From Nemertoderma westbladi (Eukaryota > Animalia > Xenacoelomorpha): a stretch of DNA of 64,000 nucleotides. Position 1 is the stretch's first letter, and the number at the start of each line of letters is the position of its first letter. Below are positions 50,715 to 62,412 of this stretch, in pieces. The position numbers were made by a program, and so were the translations under genes. The notes beneath the pieces are model-generated. The model ran no database searches. It saw nothing but the letters and a program-made list of their open reading frames with translations, and was not told the origin of the DNA. The stretch lies in contig JAUCBJ010005651.1 of the NCBI GenBank assembly GCA_032718475.1, forward strand, positions 1 to 64,000, read 5' to 3'.

Positions 50715-50978
50715 TTACTGGTTGAACCTAATCGCCCGGTTCCCAACTACCTCGGTCTCGCTCCATCGATCCACCTCAGCCAACGTATAGTTCCGCAGCC
50801 GCGCCCCGCAGACTCCCAGGATCCTCCCGACAACCTCCCCGGACAGCTGGCAGTACACGTGGATCTCGGTTAGTCTAGAACACCGCGTTGCCAGGCCAAC
50901 TAGCGCCAATTCTAACTCCGGCGACCCTTTAGTGTAAAGATAGATGCGTTCCAACGTAGCTGAATAGTTATCGGCCGC
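50715..50978 (-). CDS. F-box/LRR protein (FBXL8-like), exon 4 (last coding exon)
   Basis: Acceptor CTTCTGCAG at 50979; phase 0; AADNYSATLERIYLY...FNQ*. Confidence 0.85.
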   Translation of the reverse strand, partial: AADNYSATLERIYLYTKGSPELELALVGLATRCSRLTEIHVYCQLSGEVVGRILGVCGARLRNYTLAEVDRWSETEVVGNRAIRFNQ

Positions 50979-51310
50979 CTGCAGAAGTATAAATGTAGTT
51001 TATTTCATTGGTGGAAACTTACTTTATTCCTGACGGGGACTTATGGGGCAGTCCTTGCTGGACCATAGAAATATAAGGTGCTTTTTTACATCTCATTGAG
51101 GCCCCATCAGTCCTAGCGCTAACCAGTTCAGCCACTTGGCCCTCATACTTACTCTCCCATCTAATACACTTCTGCCTCCTCATTTTTTCCATTTCTAAAC
51201 AAAACTATAATATTAGATCATATAGGAACAAGAGAAGGATAGACTGGCTTACTCTGTTCATCCAAGTTCTTATTTACTTTATGTGTCTCTTTCCAAGTCA
51301 ATTAACTTAC

Positions 51311-51576
51311 CCTGTTAACTTCTTGATGGACTCTTGTGAAGGTTTCCAGCCTCAACGAGTAAACAGGAATATTGGAGTCGAGGATTCCTTTAATGGAGGT
51401 GAACGGACAGGTTGAGTCGATGTAGATAGTGACCCGCAGCTCCGGCCACAGTCGGGTCAACTCCTTCCAGGAGCCCCCCGTCGGCGGGGTATGGAACTTC
51501 TCCGCGCGGATGCACTTCAAACTCAGATGTATAAGAGGAGCACGCGAATGTGATCGCAACGCATCAATCACATCGT
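51311..51576 (-). CDS. F-box/LRR protein, exon 3
   Basis: Acceptor TTTGCAG, donor GTAAGT; frame-consistent with exons 2 and 4. Confidence 0.85.
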
Positions 51577-51717
51577 CTGCAAATAGAAACATTCAAAAAC
51601 AAATAGTAGCAGCTGATCAATTTGACGCTAGCTGAGCCAGTCAGACAGTATAAATCCCAAGCTAAAACTGTTAGTACCGGTACCCGAGAGTGCACTGTAG
51701 CATACAATACAACTCAC

Positions 51718-51899
51718 CAGTGAAGCTCGAATAGAAGGCGTTGATATTATCGAGATATTTACAGTTTTGTATAAGTTCAACAAGAACCCCAGGGGATAAT
51801 TTATTAATTAAACAAACATTCTGTATGTTGAGATATCGTAAACCCTTGTGATGGTCTGCCAGCAAGGTAACCAACCGGTCGCTGATGTTTATTCCGAAT
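51718..51899 (-). CDS. F-box/LRR protein, exon 2
   Basis: Acceptor TTTTAG, donor GTGAGT; LRR-like LRYLNI.N. Confidence 0.85.
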
Positions 51900-51944
51900 C
51901 TAAAACAAGTAGGAAAAATCTAATAATTAGGCTGCCATACTCCT

Positions 51945-53572
51945 AGTCCAGTAAGAATAATACTGAACCTGGGACAAAGTGCAACATAATTTAATTTAAT
52001 ATTTTCGGGGCACAAAATTTTATGTTTATCGACATATTTAAGATTGGCCGAAATCGGATTGTTGGAACTGTTGGAACTTGGTTAAAAATACCATTTCACA
52101 AGCTTTAGACACTTTTCCTATATTTAAAGAATTCATTCCTTGACCTACCCCTGTAGTCTGTACCCCACCCAAATCACTATGGGAGAATCCGATGGGGGAC
52201 TTTCTAAAACCCGGGGAATTTTAATCGCAGGATTAAAGTGTAATAAGCGTTTGACTGCAACCTAATAAGAAAATGGAAGAATCTGGCAATGTTTAATCAA
52301 TTTAAATAGGCCTATAAGGTTATTAATAAATTTTAAAATAATTATATTCAGGATCAACTGCCTTTATACATTTTGGTACAGTAATTACAGAAAATAATTT
52401 TCCAACCAATCAGATCTTTTCTTGATGCCATGGCAACAGAATCATATTTTAATGTGTGGAATTTCTGTCAGAAACATTTTATATGTATAATTTATTTGAA
52501 TAAAATAATATTTCAGGTATAAAATATGCTCGTTGCTATGGTAACACAGTAAATATAATAATGACTTCGCTTGTGATTATGAATGTTGACTTTGTTTGTA
52601 TAATGTAATCAGTAATCATATGCATCTGAAGTACATATAAAATGTTTCTGATTAGAAATTCCACATATTAAAAAATATTATAGTAACACGCAAAGACCCG
52701 ATTGGTTGGAAATTATTTTCTGGACGTACCGACGGGGCCAGAATTTATTTCTTTTTAAATTTATTAATAACAATATATATTTGAATTTATCAAACATTAT
52801 TTATAGCAGATATTATTTTATTGTTAGGTTACAGATCAACTCCTACTTGAATCCTGGCAACTACTAAAATACAATCAATTATTATTTCGAATGTTTCGTT
52901 TCTTTTTTTGTGCAAAATGGGGAACAGGTAATACGGAAATATTTCCAATATTACTAATATTTCCTGAGCAACTAAGTTTGACCAAGTATTTCTCATTGTT
53001 CCCATGGTAACCGGGTTTCAGAAAGCACCCCATATGTTATGTTGGACAATACCTTTATACATTGTTTGGTGTATTTTATTTTTACATAATGTGTAAATAA
53101 ATCTATCTATCTAGGAAAGGGGTGATTTATATAAATGAATTCCTGTTGCCATGGTGAAATGCTCTTATTAACCAAGTTCCAACACCAACAATCCGATTTG
53201 GATATGTTGATAAGCATAAAATTTAGAGACAGAGGGGGAAACTGGACGCAAATCCCATCTGGGTGAATTAATATCCCGCCTCAATGTGAAATTCTCAATT
53301 TAGGGAAAGGATCAGGTTACAGTGGCACGTTATTTTAACCAAAACAATAAACTAAACACAATAAAACAGGTTACAGTTTTATTTTTGAGAGTAATCATCT
53401 GTTATTTGCGTCCAATTTCCCCTGGAGAGGGATGAATTTTTATTGCGTCCAGTCCCCCCCCCCCCCCCCCGCCCCCCTATCTGCTAATTTGAGCCTAGAA
53501 AATCTTAATTTAAATTTTGTTGCAATTTGACTGAGGAGCTTGAACCATTTTTCGCTTATTTTGACTGGACGA
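51945..53572. mobile_element. ~1.6-kb degenerate palindromic (foldback) element in F-box intron 1
   Basis: Nested inverted segments: 51976-52000 vs 53500-53530, 52020-52100 vs 53153-53224, 52195-52215 vs 53011-53030, and 52318-52490 vs 52632-52770. Confidence 0.75.
53233..53460. mobile_element. MITE carrying the shared core (-), nested in the right arm of the intronic foldback
   Basis: Arms GGGGGAAACTGGACGCAAAT / ATTTGCGTCCAATTTCCCC, with a second right copy TTGCGTCCAGTCCCCC; core at 53299-53378. Confidence 0.7.
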
Positions 53573-54060
53573 TAATAAATCAACAAAGGTTGTTTGACCG
53601 TTCAGTGATGTTATAGTGTAACACAAAAACATACTTGTTATTTACGGGTGTTTTAGGATTTACTTGTCCAAGTACGAAATAATTTCTACATCCGAGAGGA
53701 TCCGTAAGAGGAATTGTGTAGGCCTGGTAAATTTGGGAGTCTCGCTTCAGAGATAAAAAATCAATAACAAAAGCTCAACCTAACAGCTTACCTAACAGTC
53801 AAGATATAGATATACCAGTACACGCAAACTGAAAGAAACATTCTCACTCTCTCAATCACGCTATTAAAATCGGCCTACATGTAAGTAAGGAAAACTGATA
53901 CCGTAGCCTAGTCTACACACTCAAAATTGACTAAACTGCTAAAAACTAATAAAAATATTTCAATACTTCATCAATTTTAATTTGTTACACTGTAAAACAG
54001 TAAAATATAGGCCTATCAGCCTATGCCCTATACTGCTATAGGGTCTTTATCAATACGTAC

Positions 54061-54617
54061 CGAGAAAAATCCACGTGTTTCAGAGACGAGAATCCGGGTT
54101 TACAGATGAGATCGCAAACGAGAGTTTCAAACTCACCGCCGTTAAACATTAAGGGATTCTCGCCGCGGAACTCTATAGCGAAGTATTCTATGTTTATCTC
54201 GGTAGAAGTAGACGCCAACAGTCTCAGCGACTCCAGAGTGGAGCTGCGATTGTAGGCGAACTTCTGAATGCAGCCGATGGAGATATTTCGTAAGTAGCGG
54301 AGGTACGGCGAGTGGAAGTAACCGAGGTATTTCGCGTCCGATTCATCGTGGAACCACAACGCAACCCGACGCCACAACTCCGGCGCCTGGTAGCAGTTGT
54401 ACCAGTGACGGCAGGCGCAAGCACCTCGCAACCGATCAGGAATATCGAGGAACGACATAATGTTGATAACAGCCTCGGTAGGTAGTCGCTCCCATGGCTT
54501 CGTAGACCTACAAACATGGTTGAATTCGCGAGATTCGAAGTTTGTTGGAATATTAGCTACTTTAGTTGGCGGAACCTCCACAAACTCGTTTGTAGGCCCA
54601 TGAATTCGTTTAGACAT
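54061..54617 (-). CDS. F-box/LRR protein (FBXL8-like), exon 1 with the F-box; spliced product is 422 aa
   Basis: F-box WERLPTEAVINIMSFLDIPDRLRGACACRHW..PELWR; donor GTACGT at 54060. The four exons sum to 1269 nt in frame. The FBXL8 assignment is from recalled similarity only. Confidence 0.88.
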
Positions 54618-54986
54618 ACCGGTAGTGTTGAGCTTGTACAGCTGGTCGCAATGATATTCCCATGAGTGAGCAGGTGAGTTGGCCTATGTCTGTATGTGCT
54701 GCTTGCCTTTCTTTTAAGGCTTAAAGAAAACTTATGCTTCTTCAGCCTCAAATAGGTACTGTAGACGACATCAGTCTGTCAGTTGGCCATGTAAACTGAA
54801 CGACCACATTATTTACTGCATTAGCCTACTGCAGTAGCACAGCAGTAATACCGTTACCGTACCGACAGAGCAATACCCAGGCAGCCTGATACCGTACCCG
54901 GTACCGATAAAGGTTGCACAGTTTTCCAGTAAACATTCTTATGTCCTTCTATTATCTATTTACTTTCTATATTTATTTTTACTGCG
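54618..54986. promoter_or_regulatory. Probable bidirectional promoter / 5' UTRs
   Basis: Only 369 bp separate the two divergent start codons. Confidence 0.55.
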
Positions 54987-57092
54987 ATGACAATGACAGT
55001 TTCATTATCTGATGTTCTTGAGGCTTTTTTAGATTCTCACAAACGAGTTGTGGACGATACCCATCTGACGAAACTCATTGACGAGTTAACTTCCCAAACA
55101 TTGGACGCGCAACAATTACACTGTATCCGCGAGTTCCTAGAACGTGCGACAGACGCCAGGTTGCACTCATCCGTAACCGCGTTTGCGCTCGTATTAGCGG
55201 GCTCCTTCGCGTGGTCCGAACCCAGCGATACGGCAAGTAGATTGATCGAAAAACTTAGACCAGGTTCTCATTTGGTGGAGTCGCCATCAGTCCGGGAGTC
55301 TTGGCTAAAGGCTATACAGTTAGGAGCCAAAAGTAACACATTCAATTTCCTAGATTATTATGATGATGTGTTTAATTGCCTGGTAGACTCTAGTATCTAT
55401 GTGAGTGGTGCAGCGGAGAACTGTTTAATTAAATATTCGAGTAGCGATACAAATGTTTACAACAAATTGTACGATACTTTAAAGAAACAATTAGGCCTAT
55501 TAGTTTCACCGGATGAATCCCAGTATTTTGGGTGGGAATTTCGTTTGGTTCGAGTTTTAGTTGCAAGTCAAGTCGTCCGCCAAGAAAGGAATCTGTGTTC
55601 GAGCGAGTTGGATCGAACAGATTGCAACCCTGTCGGTACTGAACTTACAGATTTGTTAGCGTCGCTAAAACATTTAATTTCTTCATTTCGTGCTGTTTCC
55701 TCTCCGTCACCCTCACAGAGATTACTTGACGCTGCCGTTGGGGGATTAATACGTATTTTCGTTCTTGATAAAAATCCAGTTGTTGGGGATAACGATATTA
55801 AAGATATAGTTCATCATTTGGTAAATACAGGTGAACATATAAACGGGTTGAAGTTAGCCTCTGGGTGTTTAAGATGGCCGGATTCTTTCAGTGAGTACGT
55901 ATCTCTATGTCCGTTGGCTATCAGAATGAAGTCTTTAGATGACGAATTCTCTACCGCAATTGGCATTGCGATTCCGATTATTTATAAACAGTTTTCTCAA
56001 GTTGTTTCGAATCACCCCAAACGCTTTGCCTGTTGCGTTAGACTATCTATAAATTCCATCAAGACAATATCTCTGCGTAATTTCGGCAGTAAAATTCTCA
56101 GTACAGCTAGAACCAGACTTATTGATTTTCTCTCGAGTAAATGTGAATTCAAACAGGTTTCTTCGAACGACGAACAATTTATTACAGAAATAACTCTTTG
56201 TCTTCTTGATTCCAATTTCATTGAAAACGACGACTTTGTCAATGTTTTGGTTGGCCGATATTTGGAATTGTTGAAGAACGGGAGAGATTCAATAGCACTT
56301 ATTTGTGTAACTTTGAAACTCTTTGAAAGGCATTGGACGATAGATGTAGTGGAACACGTGGTCGAAACCTTAATGGAAGACAGCAGATGGGAAGTCCAGG
56401 ATTCTATGTTGCAGTTTCTTTCAACAGTCTCGCAGCAAGGTTGCGATAACATTCGCACGGAAACTTTTAGATATTGCGAACATTTGCGAACCAAATCCAA
56501 GACAAACTGCGAGAATGCATACGTCCGTTTATCACTGGGTAAGCTACTAGTATTGTTGGCTTCTAAACTCCCCTTGGCCATTTCAGCTATGTCTTCATTT
56601 ATTGAGGAGTACAAAGAAGATGTTTCATTCCTACAAGAATTATTTCGTTCAGCTCTGGACCTCGATGCTGATTTTCTCTTACCATTATCCGCGGTTCTAC
56701 TCCAGTTTATCGCAGAGGATATTATTTCTCCATGCTCATCGGATATGGATATCTTAGATTCCGATTCGACCGGCCTTTTGGGAATCGCAATAGAGTTTGT
56801 TATCCACCTTGGCGCCGTTATAAATAACAAAGAGGATCCTCGTATTAGTAACGTTATTGGGGTTATAAGCAATTTAATTAGCGAGGTACCTACGACTATA
56901 ACATACTGCCGACATTCCGACTCCGTTTCCATAACTTTACGAAGTCTCGTCGAGGTTTGTGTCGATAAAGCCAACAACTACGTCTTTGTCCAATCAGATT
57001 CACCGAAATGTTGTTTGGCTTCTCTTCTCGAGGATATCTATAATGCCATGGAAACCATTGAAGATGACGACGTTATTCCAGATTGTTATTAG
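54987..57092 (+). CDS. BRAT1: BRAT1-like ARM/HEAT protein (Integrator cleavage-module assembly factor), 701 aa, single-exon ORF
   Basis: L.DSS.YV..AA and D.RWEV.DS.L.FL motifs, plus an acidic C-terminus ending in DCY, the BRAT1 signature. AATAAA at 57201. Confidence 0.8.
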   Translation: MTMTVSLSDVLEAFLDSHKRVVDDTHLTKLIDELTSQTLDAQQLHCIREFLERATDARLHSSVTAFALVLAGSFAWSEPSDTASRLIEKLRPGSHLVESPSVRESWLKAIQLGAKSNTFNFLDYYDDVFNCLVDSSIYVSGAAENCLIKYSSSDTNVYNKLYDTLKKQLGLLVSPDESQYFGWEFRLVRVLVASQVVRQERNLCSSELDRTDCNPVGTELTDLLASLKHLISSFRAVSSPSPSQRLLDAAVGGLIRIFVLDKNPVVGDNDIKDIVHHLVNTGEHINGLKLASGCLRWPDSFSEYVSLCPLAIRMKSLDDEFSTAIGIAIPIIYKQFSQVVSNHPKRFACCVRLSINSIKTISLRNFGSKILSTARTRLIDFLSSKCEFKQVSSNDEQFITEITLCLLDSNFIENDDFVNVLVGRYLELLKNGRDSIALICVTLKLFERHWTIDVVEHVVETLMEDSRWEVQDSMLQFLSTVSQQGCDNIRTETFRYCEHLRTKSKTNCENAYVRLSLGKLLVLLASKLPLAISAMSSFIEEYKEDVSFLQELFRSALDLDADFLLPLSAVLLQFIAEDIISPCSSDMDILDSDSTGLLGIAIEFVIHLGAVINNKEDPRISNVIGVISNLISEVPTTITYCRHSDSVSITLRSLVEVCVDKANNYVFVQSDSPKCCLASLLEDIYNAMETIEDDDVIPDCY

Positions 57093-58098
57093 TTTTATTT
57101 TGCTTAACTGATGAATAATTCGTTAGTTCCATTCTTACCTCGCACTACAGTTTAGCTGTACGGTGTCTCGTTTTGTTTTCTTATTTAATTCCCGAGGTGC
57201 AATAAAATTTTGAAAATAATCTTACATATTTTTGATAAATTAAAATGATGCGAAGATTTAATTTTTTTTTCCTGTTTCAGAATGCTTATATCAAAAGGAC
57301 TTATTCTCCTGTCTTTGTTCAACTATGATATATTTCATATATTTGGAACGTTCTAACTTTTTGTAATTAATTTTTGACGCCCGGTAAATCAACATGGCCA
57401 AAAGCTGTCCTCAAAATGACAGCTTTTTGTTCCAATCTGTTATATACAAGGGGTTGTGGTGGCACTGAGCGGCCAGTTTTGTAATCTTTGTATTTGTTTA
57501 CCAGACTTTTACACAAACTCGCAAGACTTTCCGCAAATACTTCAGAGCGAGTTTGCAAAAGTCGGGAATCGAACTTTATAAGGACACCAAAAACGGGTTT
57601 GTAACCGGTTTGCTCACCCAAATCCAAAACCTTCTCAAATTTCATGCAATCTCATTAAGAGTGTAGAAAAATATGGGCGGGGGGGGGGGGGGGTGTACCT
57701 GAATAACGACACTATATTCCAGGACGTGTACGGACAATTCCGAATTCAGTTAAGTAATGTCCCGTTAGTGGACATTACTTAACGCCGTCATATTACCACG
57801 TAAACAATAGGTGGAAATTAGTTAGCCTTACAGCCAGATAGGCCTACTGCATTACCTACCGGTAGGCTGGATATAGCTATTAATAACCTAGCTATATTAT
57901 TAATATGGCTCCAAACGCCACCATAAATATAATATAAGCTAACTTATTTATTTACTTAATTGTCCTAACTTCACTCCAGGACACGGTGTACGCCCGTGTT
58001 CTACCATTTAGCCTAGCCCGTAAGTCCTTTATGAATGTGCACTTGTGTATTCTATAAGAATTACAACCGTTGTATTATACAAATATACTAAAAAGTTA

Positions 58099-58297
58099 AT
58101 AGCGCAAATTAAATACAAACACCAACTATGTGTTTAGAAAAGCATTTTTTTAAGGGGTTTATAAGGGTTTAAAAACTAATTTAATTTAAAACATAAAGGG
58201 AAAGGAACAGGTTACAGTGGGCGGTGTTTTCTAACCAACACAATAAACTGCACTGGATATCACTTTTTTTCACTAGAGGTCAATTTGCGCCGCTATC
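58099..58297. mobile_element. Decayed MITE of the same family as 31341..31496, with the shared core (-)
   Basis: ATAGCGCAAATT / GGTCAATTTGCGCCGCTAT; core at 58195-58249; the AT-rich flank resembles 31375-31410. Confidence 0.6.
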
Positions 58298-61200
58298 TGA
58301 TACTAAAACGTCTTTAGCTCTGAGTATTGTAGGATTTGGCATATCAAATATGGGTTTTTACGAAATACAGTAGCATATGTTGGCCAGGGACTTGAATTTC
58401 ATTAGCATTATAAAATAACTTTGCGGCATTTTATGTACTGCCATCAAATGTAATCGTATTCTGATGCGATTGCCTTAAGTAACTATCCCAAAGTACTTTG
58501 TGTATAGGGCCCTAATAACTCAATTTAAACAATCGTAAAATGTAGCTTTGATGGGAATATATTTAAAGGATAAGAATAAATCCCTTTAATTATTAATGAA
58601 TTTATAATAAACCGTTTATAATAAGATTTAGATTTGGTTAACGAAGCGGCCTGAGATCCTTTGGGTACAATAAATTATTGATACAATGATTTTTCTTTGA
58701 AGTTTAAATTTTCCGTCACCATATTTTCAGTAATTAAGGTGGCGTCTCATACTGGCTAGTTAGATAAATATGGTGGGTGGCCAGGTGTTCCCCACCAAGA
58801 GTAAATTACTATTAGAATGTGTATAACGCTACAATGATTTCTAGGAATGGTTGATTCGAGAAAGTTTAGATGCAAACGGATAGATTCCTCTTTAAAAGTG
58901 AGCGCATTTTCTGAGTTCCAATTATCCTAGTCCTATAAAATATAGTTTTATGACAAAATGTCGACCAAATATAATTTATTATGAAGATATACGCAAACAA
59001 ATATTTTGGCTCGAGTGTTTCCCCTAGCTACTGCAGTGTAGGTTTTCACCAACGGCAGGGAGAGCTGACTGTTAAGAACTCAAAGTGGATCTCATCAAAG
59101 TACTGCGTCTTGGGTTGCATAGCTATTAGAACAGCAAACATACCCGACTAATAAGGTAAACCAATTAATATTAATCAACCAATGGGTTTATATGTTAATA
59201 TTTATGTCTCTTTTTTATAATAAAACTTGTCAACTTTGAAAGCCCATCGACTTGGCATATCGAGGCTTTTATGAAAAACACGGAGAATATGTTGAGTTGT
59301 CTTTCGAATTTTATGAATTCCTCACAAAGGCTACATCGAGTGGGACCCGCCCATGCACACTAAGTGCTCTTCTACATGCCCCATCGGGTATTCACTAATC
59401 TCCCGAGGCTGAATTTGAATATTTTTAATGAGTCCCATTACAATTTAACAATTTGTAATCCCTATTGAAATATGAAAATTGAAACTCGCCGGGTTTTCAA
59501 TAAAACTCGCTCATTATAAAATTGAATTATATTTAAACAACTGAGTTGTGTGTTAACTAATTATTAAAAATATAACTAAAATAAATTATTAAAATGTTTC
59601 TGACTAAACTAATTTACAATCTGGCGTAGAAATTGTGTGAGTTAAATAATTTGTCACAACTTTTTCTTACTGAATATAAAATCATCAAACATCTAGTTAT
59701 TAAACACCATTACTTATTAATTTAGCCTAATTACTTTCTGTTGAAATGCTATTTTATTGTATTGACGCGTTAACAACATTGTTTATTGTTTTGGTTAGAT
59801 AAAGCCGTCTCTGCAACCTGCTCTATTCCATCAAGCGGGCGAAGGTTGGACGCGGGCGAAGATTGCACCCAACCGTATTGGCCTATACTTTTTATTTCTT
59901 CTACTAATGATTCTTTGTCTTCAGCAATGTCAATGTAGTACCATGGTAATGATTATTAGGCAACGTATTCTACATGCTGCGTCGTATTTCCGGTCGCAGT
60001 GCTTGTTTGTCACGGTTCCGCTCCGCTTATAAACTCACATGAACTGGAAATATTAAGAATTTTTATTATCTGCAGTCAAACAAAGACAGCAACTCGAGGG
60101 AAAATTTAACTATCTTTTGATATTTTTATTGATTCTCGATTCGATGCGTGGAAACAACAAAGACCGACTTAATTTCTCTAACCAACTCGCTATAATAATT
60201 GATTAGCCGAGTTTAAGTGTTTCTAATAACGAAATACATCAAAGCATTGTAACGGTAGTTCAGGCAGAACGTTTGAAACTACTTGTTGAAACTATAATAG
60301 TTGTACTGCTCGCTTCATTTATCAGTTTTTATGAATATTGCACTGATCGCTTCATAAGATGTTAATAGTATATATAAAGGGAGAGTTATGGTGAATTAAA
60401 TATCGCAATATTTTTAACATAATCACCATGATTTAACATGGACTGAAACTTCGGAGTTGTCTATACCAAGGGGTATTAATTTCAATGAACGTATTTTTTT
60501 TTAATTAAATAGTGATAACAATTTACTTATTTAGCTGTTCAACCTAACTGGTATTGCTCATAATCGGACTTTGACAACCACAGACAAACAAACGAATTTG
60601 TAGCCATTTACTTTGAGTCTTTGAGTTGCTTATTTGTTTCCTATTTGGATTCTGTGCACCGTTCGTACCTGACAGCAGACAGGGGGGGGGGGGGGGGGGG
60701 GTGACGTTCGAAGCAATCAAAATGCATCCCTCTCCAGGGAAAAATTTACGCAAATAACAGCTTATAACTCCCAAAAAATCTGTAACCTGTTTTATTGACT
60801 TTAGTTTATTGTTTTGGTAGCATAACCCGCAATTGTACCAACCAAATGTACGCCACTGGGCAGCAGTTAGATAGAGCGACAGAAGAAATTAATAAAAGTG
60901 AACAATTTTCATAAATAAAACCTTATATAAATTTTTTAATTCCTAATAATACTGGGGTGCTGAGTGGTAGTATGGCATGTGCTTATTGTAAGTGCTTAAC
61001 CGTTATTTTTGTAGTTCAAAATCTTTAAACCGCTAGGCACTCAGTCTACTAATTGCAAATTCATTGATAGAGTGAAGCTGTAGGCCTCTGTTACGCCGCT
61101 AGGAGTGGCCAAATATTAATTACACCCAAACTCCACTCGTTTACACAAGTATCACGTGGGGCCGGCCTCAGAATTTCCTTGTCGGATAATCAGGTGCTTT

Positions 61201-62412
61201 TTGTTCGGCCTATGGAGCACTGCAGTGATGAGGACATGAGGCCTTGGGTCACTAACGTAACAAAGGTTAAATTCCACTCAGAATAAAATTTGCACTAACT
61301 TCTAGGTGTGGTGTGGCCCAACACATGCAATATGTGCTGATTAGAAGGGCCCCTATAACTTCTATAGGAGATATTGTACAGTAGTTTGGCATAAAAGGGG
61401 GATCGGATAATATAGGTTGTTTCACCCATGTATAGGTCACGTGACAATATAATATTAACTTTGCTTACTTTTCTGCAGAAAAAATTAAACCTCACAAGCG
61501 TTAGTGAACTGTATGAGCAATATGCTACATACCGGTACTGTATGCCTAAATATATTTCGGTTGAGCACGCACTAGAGTTCATACTAGCATGTCACGGCAA
61601 CGTGTTAGCACAAAAATTGAGTACAGACAACCCCATAGGCCAAATGACCACATTTCTACACGCTGGTTTGAAATGTTGCCATTTTTGACAGCTATACTCT
61701 ACAACTTTGTTTACCTCACTGTCTGATATTTATGGATGCAGTGTGTCTGGTTGTCGGCCGCAAAGCCTAAGCCTTGCAGTTACCATTTGGGCACCCGACA
61801 CAAATCTAATATTCCGGCTTCTCAATATTTTCAAGTATTCTATTGTTACTGTAGATGGGTTTATTATGTAGAGGAAAAATTCTTCATATACCTTTATCAT
61901 TGCCACGCCCGCCATTGAGAATTGCATTTGCAAGTTTCGCAATAGAATTCTGTACTTAGAATTGATAACAGCAATGGATTAGAATTGTTTTTATAATGAT
62001 ACTGCACTACCCATTATCGTTACCGGAACCGATATTATAGGCCTAAGTTATTTATATTTCTCCAAGTTATACGGATAATTATACAAAAAAAAACACAATT
62101 AGGCGGAGGGAAATAACACTTGAACGAATAATTCTGCAGTTTAGTGATTTTTTAATGAATTTAGATTTATTATGTTATAATGGATCTCCCATGGCCTTCT
62201 GTGAATGACACCAGCACCAATTCAGCGAATTCGGCGATACCTACCTATGATACTTAATAAATTGTGGGGTAGATTTCATATCAGCGTAATAAATAAGCCA
62301 AGACTTATTAAAATTATTATTATAAACATCGACAACTTTTTTTGTCAAAACTACAAAAACCGAAGTGGCCAAGGAAAATTTGTGGATAACGATTAAAGTA
62401 GATAAATCATGA

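Noticed and set aside
56012-56977. 321-aa antisense ORF within BRAT1-like
   Set aside because: It mirrors the sense ORF and has no recognisable motifs.
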